From Bacteroidota bacterium (GTDB lineage: Bacteria; Bacteroidota; Bacteroidia; Chitinophagales; BACL12), in the NCBI GenBank assembly GCA_016706865.1, contig JADJIS010000003.1:466030-530029 (forward strand): a DNA stretch of 64,000 nucleotides, given 5' to 3'. Shown one piece after another: positions 18,374 through 28,082 of this stretch. The number at the start of each line of letters is the position of its first letter. The first letter of the stretch is position 1. The notes below the pieces were generated by a model. It was not told the DNA's origin. It made no database searches and saw only the letters and a program-made list of their open reading frames with translations. Position numbers and translations under genes: made by a program.

Positions 18374-19342
18374 ATGTTCAGAACCCAGTTTCCCATATTC
18401 CCTAACCCTGTAACCATTAGCCAGGAATCATCTGTGTTTTTGATCGGATCATGTTTTTCTGAACACATTTCTCAAAATCTGGCAAATTATAAATTTGATG
18501 TTTTGTCAAACCCTTTCGGTATTCTTTTTAATCCTGTTTCACTTGCCAATCAATTACGACGTCAAATGAAGGGAAATTGGGTGCAACCGGTAGAAATATT
18601 TGAAAATGTCAGTTTATTCAGATCCTTCGATTTTCACAGCAGTTGTACTCATCCCGATAAAGAGGAAGCAATAAGACGAATGAATGAGGCGATTCGCAGC
18701 GGCAAAATTTTTTTGGAAAAATGCACCCATCTTATAATTACCTTCGGAACTTCCCTGGTTTATTCATTAAAAAGTTCTGGTAGGGTAGTAGCAAATAATC
18801 ATAAAATGCCTTCTGCTTTGTTTGAAAAAAGACAATTATCGTCTGACGAAATTGTTGCAGATTGGTCAGATCTTATCACGGAATTAAAAATAAAATATCC
18901 GCGATTGCAAATTATTTTTACCTTAAGTCCGGTTCGGCATTTAAAGGATGGAGCGGTTGAAAATGCTTTAAGTAAGGCAGTTTTATTACAATCCATTCAT
19001 CAACTCAAAAATAAATTCCCGGATATATATTATTTCCCGGCTTATGAAATAATGATGGATGATCTGCGCGATTATCGTTTTTATACGAAAGACATGTTAC
19101 ATCCAAATGAAGTGGCAATTGATTATATCTGGAACATTTTTAAAAAAGTTTGTATAAATGAAAACTGTTATGATCTTATAGAACAATTAGATCAAATTCA
19201 CACAGCAATGTTCCACAAACCATTTTTTCCGGAACTAAAGGAGCACAAGGAATTTAAATTAAACATGTTCGATAAAATCGAAAAATTGCAAAAGGAATTT
19301 CCGAAGCTGAATTTAAGTGTGGAACGAAATTTTTTTACGTGA
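18374..19342 (+). CDS. GSCFA domain protein
   Basis: 322 aa. The eponymous motif IGSCFSEHI lies near the N-terminus, and the length is typical of the family. Confidence 0.85.
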   Translation: MFRTQFPIFPNPVTISQESSVFLIGSCFSEHISQNLANYKFDVLSNPFGILFNPVSLANQLRRQMKGNWVQPVEIFENVSLFRSFDFHSSCTHPDKEEAIRRMNEAIRSGKIFLEKCTHLIITFGTSLVYSLKSSGRVVANNHKMPSALFEKRQLSSDEIVADWSDLITELKIKYPRLQIIFTLSPVRHLKDGAVENALSKAVLLQSIHQLKNKFPDIYYFPAYEIMMDDLRDYRFYTKDMLHPNEVAIDYIWNIFKKVCINENCYDLIEQLDQIHTAMFHKPFFPELKEHKEFKLNMFDKIEKLQKEFPKLNLSVERNFFT

Positions 19343-19360
19343 ATCGTAATCAAATTTCAA

Positions 19361-19815
19361 CTCAGAACGTAGAACCTGAATGAAGTCGCAGTCACAGTCA
19401 CAGTATTCAGTTTTGACATGAGCAAAATTTTACTCCGAATAAAACAATTTCAAACGGTTGAACGATACGTCGATAATTAATCTTGAACACAGAACTCAGA
19501 ACCCAGAATAGAACTCATCCCTAAACTTTCAGCTCCGAATCCACAGCGTTCGCTACGCGTAACACTGTGGGGACACTTTATGGGGTGGTGAACTTAGAAC
19601 CTAGAACCTGCCAGACGCTGACACAGTCGCAGGCAGGCTCAGAACTAAAACATGTAGTGATCGACGAAGGAGATCTACTACATGTCAGAACCCAGAACAA
19701 TAATATCGAATAAAGAACAAGGAATAAAGAACAACAAACAAACCACACACGAGTGATTTTCCTCCGTCTTGAACCCAGAACGCAGAACCCAGAACCCAGA
19801 ACTCAGAACGAAGAA
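19361..19815. repeat. CAGAAC-type heptamer blocks interleaved with three unique hairpins
   Basis: Blocks at 19361-19380, 19481-19517, 19591-19606 and 19767-19815. A 6-mer run GTCACA lies at 19388-19405. Hairpins: CCACAG...CTGTGG (19541-19570), CCTGCC...GGCAGG (19607-19637), ACATGTAGT...ACTACATGT (19650-19685). Confidence 0.85.
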
Positions 19816-19818
19816 CAA

Positions 19819-21294
19819 TCAATCATCCTCAATCATCGCATCATTAATTATCGTCCCAGGCAAAACCTTTTTCCCTTGCACACCAAGTTTTCTTAATTTC
19901 TCTGCCTGACCAATAAGATTTCCGCTGCCGTCTTTTAATTGTTTCATGGCATCTTCATAACTTTTTTGTGATCTTCCGATATGGTCGCCAATATCTACTA
20001 GATTTTCCACAAAGCCGACAAATTTATCATACATGGCGGCACCTCTTTCTGCAATAGCAACAGCATTTTTATTTTGTTCTTCTTTTTTCCAGATCTCGGA
20101 GATAAGTTTTATTGCTGCAATTAAATTAGTCGGGGAGATGAGTATCACTCTTTTTTTATATGCATAATTCCACAGGTCAGCATCTTTTTGAATTGCTAAT
20201 AAATAGGCAGGTTCAATAGGAACGAACATCATGACAAAATCCAAACCTTTTACAAACTGTGAATAATTCCTTTTATTTAATTCATCCACATGATTGTATA
20301 TTGCAGCGATATGATTTTGCAAAGCTACCTTCTGTTCCATATCTTCTTCTGAAGAATTATATCTTTCATAAGCACTTAAAGAAACTTTACTATCTATTAT
20401 AACCTTTCGTTTATCGGGATATTGTAATATAAAATCCGGTTGCATTTTTTTTCCATCATCGTTCATGATGGTATTGCCTGCTTCGTCTTTAATAAATTCT
20501 TGTCTGAAATACTCCCTGCCTTCTGTTAATCCGCTTTCTTGTAAAATATTTTCTAAGATCATTTCTCCCCAGTCACCTTGTGTTTTTCGCTGACCTTTAA
20601 GTGCTTTGGTAAGATTATTGGCTTCTTCACTTATTTTCTGATTTAATACGACCAGATCTTTTATTTTTTCCTCCAAAGAGAACCGTTGTTTATTTTCTTT
20701 TTCATAGGTTTCTTCCACTTTCCTTTTAAAATCCTTGATATCATTATTAAGTGGCTCTAATATTAATTTGATATTTTTCTGATTTTCTTCAGTAAATCTT
20801 TTGCTTTTATCTTCTAAGATCTCATTCGCCAGGTTTTTAAACTGCGAAGTATATTTTTCACCTATTTCTTCAATCTCTTTTTTTATGGTATTGTTTTTTT
20901 CTTTTAATACTTCATTCTCCGATCTTATTTTGAGAATATAATCTTTTAATTCATTAGTTTGTGAAAGATTATTTTCCTGTATTGTTTTTAATTCCGTGTG
21001 ATCCTTTTCGAGTTTTTCTAAAGATGTTTGTGATGATGCTAATAAAAGATTATTTTTTTCTTTTTCCTCTACAGCGCGTTTTAAATCCAGTTCTGTATTT
21101 GTAACCAGCTGCTGTAAATCGTTGAGTTTTTCCTGCAAAAAAGTAAGTTTACTTTCGGCCTGAGTGAGTTGGTTGCGTTTATCCTCCAGGTCAGTTCTTC
21201 CGACCATGTTTTTTTCTGCAACCAATTTTCTTATAAACCAGGCCAGTATTGCACCTATTGCTAAACCCGCCAATATATAAACCAAGGGATCCAT
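19819..21294 (-). CDS. rmuC: DNA recombination protein RmuC
   Basis: ATG 21294 (MDPLVYILAGLAIGAILAWFIRK, TM anchor), a long coiled coil, then the RmuC core (GDWGEMILENILQESGL...). Confidence 0.88.
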   Translation of the reverse strand: MDPLVYILAGLAIGAILAWFIRKLVAEKNMVGRTDLEDKRNQLTQAESKLTFLQEKLNDLQQLVTNTELDLKRAVEEKEKNNLLLASSQTSLEKLEKDHTELKTIQENNLSQTNELKDYILKIRSENEVLKEKNNTIKKEIEEIGEKYTSQFKNLANEILEDKSKRFTEENQKNIKLILEPLNNDIKDFKRKVEETYEKENKQRFSLEEKIKDLVVLNQKISEEANNLTKALKGQRKTQGDWGEMILENILQESGLTEGREYFRQEFIKDEAGNTIMNDDGKKMQPDFILQYPDKRKVIIDSKVSLSAYERYNSSEEDMEQKVALQNHIAAIYNHVDELNKRNYSQFVKGLDFVMMFVPIEPAYLLAIQKDADLWNYAYKKRVILISPTNLIAAIKLISEIWKKEEQNKNAVAIAERGAAMYDKFVGFVENLVDIGDHIGRSQKSYEDAMKQLKDGSGNLIGQAEKLRKLGVQGKKVLPGTIINDAMIEDD

Positions 21295-21439
21295 GTTGTT
21301 AATTTGGGCATGAAGGTAATTAAAAAGTAGCGTTTTGCAGACCCGGTCATACAAAAAAGGTTTTTGATTAAAAGTTCGTATCTAAAGTTTGCCACTTTCT
21401 CGAATTATTCTCTACCTTGCATTTAAACTTTCAATCAAT

Positions 21440-22126
21440 ATGGAACAACAAAAGGATACGGGGTTGTTATACTTTATAAATAATATGCTTCCTATACATC
21501 GCTTGATAGTGAGTTTGGTAATTGCCATAATTACTTTTTTTTTATTTGCAAAAGGCACTGATCAATTAATGCGTTTTATGTTTTGCTGGATCGTCTTTTC
21601 AGCTGCATATCTAATTATAAGTTGGATCATTTTAATTAATAGAAAAGTAAAGGATATCCGTGTTCATGCAAACCTTGATGACGGCAGTAAATCATTTGTA
21701 TTTATTATGATTCTGTTATCCTCGTTTAGTGGAATGTTGATGGTTTTATTATTAATGATCTCCTCTGCATCGGAAGCCCAGGATAAATGGATCTTTTTAA
21801 TTATAGCCATATCAGGAATGTTATTATCCTGGATCATGGTGCATACTATTTTTACCTTTCACTATGCACATTTATATTACGACGATATTAATAAGGATAA
21901 TAAAAAAGTTGCGGAAGGATTAAATTTTCCCGAAACAAAAGAACCTGATTATATTGATTTTGCTTATTTTTCTTTTGTTATTGGGTGTACTTTTCAGGTT
22001 TCAGATGTTGTTATTACATCTCCAAAAATGAGGAGAATTGTTTTGTTGCATGGTTTACTTGCATTTGGGCTGAATACTTTTGTTGTAGCACTTACCATAA
22101 ATTTAGTTGCCGGATTAGGAAAATAA
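21440..22126 (+). CDS. DUF1345-like integral membrane protein
   Basis: ATG 21440. Multiple TM helices. FTFHYAHLYY and DFAYFSFVIGCTFQVSDV motifs, which I recall from DUF1345. Confidence 0.7.
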   Translation: MEQQKDTGLLYFINNMLPIHRLIVSLVIAIITFFLFAKGTDQLMRFMFCWIVFSAAYLIISWIILINRKVKDIRVHANLDDGSKSFVFIMILLSSFSGMLMVLLLMISSASEAQDKWIFLIIAISGMLLSWIMVHTIFTFHYAHLYYDDINKDNKKVAEGLNFPETKEPDYIDFAYFSFVIGCTFQVSDVVITSPKMRRIVLLHGLLAFGLNTFVVALTINLVAGLGK

Positions 22127-22128
22127 AA

Positions 22129-22228
22129 GTATTTGGTAATTTGGTAAGTGGATAATTTGGTAAATGTATAACCCGAAAAATTAAACCCATTTCTCGGAGC
22201 GAGATCGCCATTTGCTAATTTGCTAATC
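22129..22228 (+). repeat. Composite element copy D: AATTTGGT 8-mers, CTCG-GAG-CGAG hairpin, ATTTGCTA 8-mers
   Basis: The core at about 22169-22228 is roughly 85-90 percent identical by eye to 23291-23350. Confidence 0.8.
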
Positions 22229-22252
22229 TTGTTTACCTTCCATGAAAAGAAA

Positions 22253-22292
22253 AACCCATCCCCTAGAAATATTTTCAATTGGAGGATGGGTT
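22253..22292. terminator. Possible bidirectional terminator hairpin
   Basis: AACCCATCC (22253-22261) / GGATGGGTT (22284-22292). T-rich sequence follows on the minus strand. The large 22-nt loop lowers confidence. Confidence 0.4.
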
Positions 22293-22341
22293 CATTTGAT
22301 AATTTGCTAATCAACTGTTTTCAGTACAGTACATATTTAAA

Positions 22342-23121
22342 TTATAATGGAATATTAATAACCCCTATATTGGTAACATTACCTGTCTGCACATTTACAT
22401 CAGATACAGTAATTTCGGTATATCCAGCAACCGGTGAAAATGTTACATCATAATTTCCCGCCGGTACTCCACTAATTAAAAATGATCCATCATCCGCGAT
22501 CAATGTTCCAATAGTATCCGTTGGAGTAGTAGCCATTACATAAAATGCCGCATCAAAAGGATTTATAGTTCCGGATATTGCACCGGTTTCCGCCTGAGTA
22601 TAAACGTGGATTACCGGTTTGAGTGAATAATCTCCGTTACCTTTTTCTACTATCGATTGTTCTGCATCAAAATCCATCCATAATTCATAGGCAATTCCTG
22701 CTTCGAAAGTATAATGCACATTTAATTTTAAACCTGATGTTTCAGCAGATGGAGTTGCTAAGTCATGTATTACACCGTCAACAACAACACTATTATTATC
22801 CCCTAAAATCAACCTTATTTGAGAAATGGTTTGTGGGGCAATATCTTCATCAATGATGAGTGTATCAATTCCTGAATTAAATTTTAAAAGATCATAAATA
22901 CCGGGATTAATAACATTTAAGGTCCTCCAACCATCCGCATCCGAATGTATTTCCACTGATTGAACATCAATATAAACCGCATCATATTCGGCAGGAGCAT
23001 CCGTAAGATATATTTTTAATTGTGAAGTATCTCCATTGTTATTTCCGCCATCTTCCTTACATGATATTAATAGTGTTAAAACCAAGGCAAATATGCCCGA
23101 GGAAATGATAAACTTTCTCAT
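22342..23121 (-). CDS. DUF4382 lipoprotein with carboxypeptidase-regulatory-like C-terminal domain
   Basis: 259 aa. Lipobox LLISC, LKIYLTDAPAEYDAVYIDVQSVEIH (DUF4382-like), C-terminal GVPAGNYDVTFSP. Confidence 0.8.
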   Translation of the reverse strand: MRKFIISSGIFALVLTLLISCKEDGGNNNGDTSQLKIYLTDAPAEYDAVYIDVQSVEIHSDADGWRTLNVINPGIYDLLKFNSGIDTLIIDEDIAPQTISQIRLILGDNNSVVVDGVIHDLATPSAETSGLKLNVHYTFEAGIAYELWMDFDAEQSIVEKGNGDYSLKPVIHVYTQAETGAISGTINPFDAAFYVMATTPTDTIGTLIADDGSFLISGVPAGNYDVTFSPVAGYTEITVSDVNVQTGNVTNIGVINIPL

Positions 23122-23260
23122 ACTGCAAATTTTATCAATAATGGTTCAAATAGTGTTCCATTACTCCAAAGTCTTGCTCACCAGCTATTATCTCCCAAAG
23201 AAAAATTGAAGATCACCGGGATTTGGGGAAAATTCGCACAGTTGTACATACACATTTTTT

Positions 23261-23367
23261 AATTTGTTAAGTGCTTAATTTGATAATTGTACAACCCCGA
23301 AAATTAAACACATAGCTCGAAGCGAGATCCCCATTTGCTAATTTGCTAATTAGCTAATTTGCTAATC
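23261..23367 (+). repeat. Composite element copy E (same family as 22129..22228)
   Basis: AATTTGNT 8-mers, then AACCCCGAAAATTAAACACATAGCTCGAAGCGAGATCCCC, then ATTTGCTA/TAGCTA 8-mers. Confidence 0.8.
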
Positions 23368-23396
23368 ATTTTCATTTTTGTTTGATCAAACTGTAA

Positions 23397-23432
23397 TTAA
23401 AAAACCCAACTATCATTATCGATAATTGGGTT
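23397..23432 (-). terminator. Intrinsic terminator after tRNA-Met
   Basis: AACCCAA(c)TATC ... GATA(a)TTGGGTT stem (23403-23432), followed on the minus strand by a T-run (A-run 23399-23404 on +). Confidence 0.7.
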
Positions 23433-23438
23433 TATTCG

Positions 23439-23512
<74 letters not shown>

Positions 23513-23614
23513 ATTGTTTTAAGTGAAAAAAACCAAAATTTCAATCACTTCGGGCGGCAAAGATAATAATTTGTGAATTTAAATGAAAGAATGGGGATAA
23601 TACTTTAGCATATT

Positions 23615-24469
23615 TTAAAAAAGAGCAGTTACCGGAATCTCCGATAAGCTGTAAAATTCCTTTGGTCGAATGCCTTTATCTGTCATTTGCAGGGTGCAAC
23701 ATTCGTTAACGGCATCATGCTCAAAGAACAGGATATATTTTTTGTCATTAGCCTCCTTTAAAAAGCTCTCCTTTTCTTTAATCGAAACCAGTGGGCGAAT
23801 ATCGTAGCCCATAACGTAAGGGATAGGAATATGTGCATAGGATGGCAAAAGATCGGCGCAATACACAATGGTTTTATCCCTGAATTTAATTACCGGTAAC
23901 ATCATCGCTTCCGTATGTCCGTAGGTCCAGATGGTAGAAAAACCCGGAAATAATTCTTCGTGTTCCTCAATAAAATGAAGCACACCATGTTGTTGCAACG
24001 GTAAAATATTTTCCTTTAAAAAAGACGCTTTTTCACGTGAATTAGGATTTGTAGCCCAATTCCATTGTTTTTCATTGCTCCAATAGCGCGCATTTGGATA
24101 TGCCGGAACCAGTTTGCCTCTATCATCTTTTTTAACAGCGCCACCACAGTGATCAAAATGTAAATGGGTTAAAAAAACATCCGTAATATCTTCGGGTAAA
24201 ATGCCATTTTCTTTTAAATTACTATTTAGGGTAAAATCACCATGAGGTTCGTAATGACTGAAAAATTTTTCATCCTGTTTAGTTCCCATACCGCAATCGA
24301 TCAACACAACTTTTCCGGAAGCAACTACTACCAGATTGCGCATTGCCCAGGTGCATAAATTGTTTTCATCAGCAGGAATTAACTTATTCCAGATCTTTTT
24401 TGGCACCACGCCAAACATGGCACCACCATCTAATTTAAACATTCCAGAGTTTACCGATATGAGTTGCAT
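23615..24469 (-). CDS. MBL-fold metallo-hydrolase
   Basis: 284 aa with the LTHLHFDHCGG metal-binding motif. Confidence 0.88.
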   Translation of the reverse strand: MQLISVNSGMFKLDGGAMFGVVPKKIWNKLIPADENNLCTWAMRNLVVVASGKVVLIDCGMGTKQDEKFFSHYEPHGDFTLNSNLKENGILPEDITDVFLTHLHFDHCGGAVKKDDRGKLVPAYPNARYWSNEKQWNWATNPNSREKASFLKENILPLQQHGVLHFIEEHEELFPGFSTIWTYGHTEAMMLPVIKFRDKTIVYCADLLPSYAHIPIPYVMGYDIRPLVSIKEKESFLKEANDKKYILFFEHDAVNECCTLQMTDKGIRPKEFYSLSEIPVTALF

Positions 24470-24509
24470 AGGGCTAAAGTAATTAATTATTTGCTAATGC
24501 GTAATTTTC

Positions 24510-24697
24510 CAGCAGTTTCCTGATCAAATAAAACATTACATATCCGGGCAATCCCCGAAATCCATATTAATCCGTGATTCCAATGTTGTGGCTTCCCGAA
24601 GACCTCTCCATTGTGCAGCAGTTTCCTAATCAATTAAAACATTACAAATCCGCGCAATCCGCGAAATCCATAATAATCCGCGATTCCAATGTTGTGG
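24510..24697. repeat. Direct repeat, two 82-bp copies at a 106-bp period
   Basis: CAGCAGTTTCCTNATCAA...ATTCCAATGTTGTGG at 24510-24591 and 24616-24697, with internal AATCCGCG-type short repeats. Confidence 0.85.
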
Positions 24698-24717
24698 ATT
24701 CGCGCAATGTTTGCATG

Positions 24718-25209
24718 CTAAATCAACCTCTCACGAAGTGCAGCCATTTTGAGAGCTGTAACTGCTGACTCATCCCCCTTATTTCCATATTTGCCACCAG
24801 AGCGATCTAATGCCTGTTGTTCATCATTTGTAGTGAGCACACCGAAAATAACCGGTGTGGAATAATCAATACTTAAATTCATAATGCCATGCGCTACTGC
24901 AGCAGCAATATAATGATCGTGTGTAGTTTCCCCTTTAATGATGCAACCTAAACAAATAATTGCATCCAATTCCTGCGATTCCAATAATAATTGAGCAGCC
25001 TGAGGTAATTCAAAACTGCCCGGAACATACACCGTAATAATATTTTCCGACTTTGTATTATATTTTAATAATGAGGCGTGACAACCCTGATATAATTTTT
25101 CGGTGATCACAGAATTCCATTCAGAAACAACAATTCCGAAACGAAATTTTTCGCCAGAGGGAACTGTTTCTTCACGAATATGTGAAAGATTCTGATGTTT
25201 AGAGCCCAT
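24718..25209 (-). CDS. ribH: 6,7-dimethyl-8-ribityllumazine synthase
   Basis: 163 aa. FGIVVSEWNSVITEKL...VPGSFELPQAAQ...GVLT is typical of RibH. Confidence 0.93.
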   Translation of the reverse strand: MGSKHQNLSHIREETVPSGEKFRFGIVVSEWNSVITEKLYQGCHASLLKYNTKSENIITVYVPGSFELPQAAQLLLESQELDAIICLGCIIKGETTHDHYIAAAVAHGIMNLSIDYSTPVIFGVLTTNDEQQALDRSGGKYGNKGDESAVTALKMAALRERLI

Positions 25210-25215
25210 TATTAT

Positions 25216-25905
25216 TTATTCACCAAGTTTGGTTTCAGCATATGAAATATCGCTGTCGATATTCATTCCTTCCGGTGAAAGTGGATAGAGTTGTTTTATT
25301 TTTCTATACATTTCCAAAGCACCTTTTAAATCATTTTCCTCCGACATAAGATCGCCGGCGAATTTATAATATAAAGGACTTTGCAGATTATTATCCGCCG
25401 ATTCTCCGGCTTTAATATATAGATCAATTGCTTTTTTATATTCTTTTTTATCGGCATACATATGACCTAATAATTCATACGTTTTTCCTGCAATTTCGTC
25501 GGTGCCTGGTTTGTAGGCTTCCAGTTGTTTTATTGCATTGTCAATATCGTTATTTTTCATATAACAAACACCTGCATAATAATGAGCAAGATTTCCTGTA
25601 GGAGTATTACCATACTGATCAATTATACTCAAAAATCCCATTGTAGCACCATCGCCATTTAATGCGAGGTCGATGGAATCTTTCATAAAATAATTCTGTG
25701 CTCCGGAAATTGTATTCTGTGCATCAGCTACACGCGGCTCCATGTATAATTTTTTATAACCGAAATATCCGCCTATTCCAACAACAATAATGGCAAGTAC
25801 ACCAATTATCATATTGCGGTTCTTCATGAAGAAGTCTTCCACATTTAAATAGGTTCCCTTTTCTTCTGCGGGAGTTTCTTCAGTTATTTTTTTAATTTCT
25901 GCCAT
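25216..25905 (-). CDS. Membrane-anchored tetratricopeptide-repeat protein
   Basis: 229 aa. One TM helix (IIGVLAIIVVGIGGYFGY) and TPR-like helical repeats. The ribH start (25209) lies 6 nt downstream of its stop. Confidence 0.8.
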   Translation of the reverse strand: MAEIKKITEETPAEEKGTYLNVEDFFMKNRNMIIGVLAIIVVGIGGYFGYKKLYMEPRVADAQNTISGAQNYFMKDSIDLALNGDGATMGFLSIIDQYGNTPTGNLAHYYAGVCYMKNNDIDNAIKQLEAYKPGTDEIAGKTYELLGHMYADKKEYKKAIDLYIKAGESADNNLQSPLYYKFAGDLMSEENDLKGALEMYRKIKQLYPLSPEGMNIDSDISYAETKLGE

Positions 25906-25920
25906 AACGTATTTTATAAA

Positions 25921-26916
25921 TTAGTCTTTAATAAATGGGTAATCTTGTTGCATATAAATATCTTCAAATATCGCATCATCCTGCGGATATGGAGATTCTT
26001 CCGAAAACTTCACACATTCCTCAATTTCTTTTTCAATGCGTTCATGCATATCATCAATCTCTTTCTGATTTGCATATTTTTTATCCAATATTTTCTGCAA
26101 AGTAGTTTCCAAAGGATCGCGCATTTTATATTCTTCCACCTCTTCCTTTTTTCTGTATTTTGCAGGATCGCTCATGGAGTGACCGCGATATCTATATGTT
26201 CTTATTTCTAAAAATGTTGGACCTTCTCCGTTTCTCGCTCTTTCCACCGCTTCATAAATAGATGCGTGCACTGTTTCCGGTTGCATACCATCTACGGGAT
26301 AAGAAGGCATATCGTATGCAGCGCCAATTTTATACATGTCCAATTGATTTGTGGAACGTTCCAAAGAGGTTCCCATTGCATATCCGTTGTTTTCACAAAT
26401 AAATACTACGGGCAATTTCCACAACATCGCCATATTGAAGGTTTCATGCACAGAACCCTGACGAACTGCTCCATCTCCAAAATAACAGAGACAAACATTG
26501 CCACTTCCCTTATATTGCTCGGCAAATGCTATTCCGGCACCCATTGGAATTTGAGCTCCAACTATTCCATGTCCTCCAAAAAAATAATTTTCTTTTGAGA
26601 AAAAGTGCATAGATCCACCCTTTCCTTTGGTGCATCCGGTAACTTTTCCAAACAATTCTGCCATGGCCGCATTACAACTTATTCCTTTTGCAATCGCTAA
26701 TCCGTGGTCGCGGTAAGCAGTGATAATTGGATCTTCATGCTTAGTGGCACTAATGGTTCCGGCAGCAATTGCCTCCTGACCAATATATAAATGACAAAAC
26801 CCTCTGATCTTTTGCTGCCCGTACAATTGCCCTGCTTTTTCCTCAAAGCGACGCATTTTGTACATCAGTTCATACCATTCGAGGTAGGTTTCTTTTGTTA
26901 TTTTTGAGCGATCCAT
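25921..26916 (-). CDS. pdhA: Pyruvate dehydrogenase E1 component alpha subunit
   Basis: 331 aa with a TPP-binding region (GDGAVRQG...NNGYAMGT) and YRYRGHSMSDPAKYR. Confidence 0.92.
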   Translation of the reverse strand: MDRSKITKETYLEWYELMYKMRRFEEKAGQLYGQQKIRGFCHLYIGQEAIAAGTISATKHEDPIITAYRDHGLAIAKGISCNAAMAELFGKVTGCTKGKGGSMHFFSKENYFFGGHGIVGAQIPMGAGIAFAEQYKGSGNVCLCYFGDGAVRQGSVHETFNMAMLWKLPVVFICENNGYAMGTSLERSTNQLDMYKIGAAYDMPSYPVDGMQPETVHASIYEAVERARNGEGPTFLEIRTYRYRGHSMSDPAKYRKKEEVEEYKMRDPLETTLQKILDKKYANQKEIDDMHERIEKEIEECVKFSEESPYPQDDAIFEDIYMQQDYPFIKD

Positions 26917-26978
26917 GTATCTTCTTCGAAAATTCGAAGTGCAAAGGTAAGAAAAGCGGGTTACAATTTAAACAAACA

Positions 26979-28073
26979 GTGTTTTTAACAGGTATTCACA
27001 TCCTTCAATACAAGAACTACGGCGAGGTTTCCGTCAGTTTTGAGAACAAATTCTGCCTTATCAATGGTTTGAACGGCTCCGGCAAAACAAATCTCATTGA
27101 TGCAATTCACTATTTGTGTATGTGTAAAAGTTATTTTACCCGCTCCGATCTTAACGTTCTTAACCATGGATCGGAGTTTTTTCGTTTGGATGGTGATTTT
27201 ATGTTGGGGGATGAAAAAACCAGTATTACCTGCAAGTTCACGAAACAAAAAAAGGAATTTCTAAAAAACGGAGTTGTTTACGATAAACTCAGTGATCATA
27301 TAGGAAGTATTCCCGTGGTAATGGTGGCTCCCGATGATATTGGCATAATTAACGATGGGAGCGAGGAGAGGAGGCGATTTTTAGATGCTGCCATTGCACA
27401 GGTGAATAATATTTATTTGCAGAGATTAATCACCTATAATAAAATATTGCTACAGCGCAATTCGCTATTAAGAAATTTTGGTAACACAGAATTTCCCGAT
27501 GAAACTTTATTAAATGTTCTTAGCGGACAACTTGCAGGGCATGGTGATTTTATTTTTGAGGAAAGAAAAAAATATCTGGATGCATTTTTACCGGTATTTT
27601 CAAACTTATATGGATTGATTTCCGAAGAAAAAGAAGTAGGATCCATAGAATATATTTCCAATTTATCCATGGAAAATCATATACAATTATTAAGGGAAAG
27701 TTTGCGGGAGGATATAAATGCACAGCGCACCACAACCGGAATTCACAAAGATGATATTCGTTTTTCCATCAACGAAAATTTGTTGCGCGATATCGGCAGT
27801 CAGGGACAAATTAAATCATTTCTCATTGCGTTAAAATTGGCGCAATTTAAAATGATGTATTTGTTAACCGGAAAAAAAGCGATCTTGTTATTGGATGATG
27901 TTTTTGAAAAACTGGATAAACGCCGGCTCGAAATATTATTTAAAATTTTATCCACCGAAGAATTCGTTCAAATATTCATCACCGATGCCGATGAACACCG
28001 CAGCGTTGAGTTTTGTGAAGAACATTTGGAAATATTTGATCATTTTAACGTAGTTAACGGAACAATTCACTAA
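26979..28073 (+). CDS. recF: DNA replication and repair protein RecF
   Basis: Walker A GLNGSGKTNLIDAI, and an N-terminus IHILQYKNY that resembles the usual RecF start. I prefer GTG 26979 because the track start TTG 26895 would overlap pdhA by 22 nt. The start is uncertain. Confidence 0.85.
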   Translation: MFLTGIHILQYKNYGEVSVSFENKFCLINGLNGSGKTNLIDAIHYLCMCKSYFTRSDLNVLNHGSEFFRLDGDFMLGDEKTSITCKFTKQKKEFLKNGVVYDKLSDHIGSIPVVMVAPDDIGIINDGSEERRRFLDAAIAQVNNIYLQRLITYNKILLQRNSLLRNFGNTEFPDETLLNVLSGQLAGHGDFIFEERKKYLDAFLPVFSNLYGLISEEKEVGSIEYISNLSMENHIQLLRESLREDINAQRTTTGIHKDDIRFSINENLLRDIGSQGQIKSFLIALKLAQFKMMYLLTGKKAILLLDDVFEKLDKRRLEILFKILSTEEFVQIFITDADEHRSVEFCEEHLEIFDHFNVVNGTIH

Positions 28074-28082
28074 ATTTAATCT

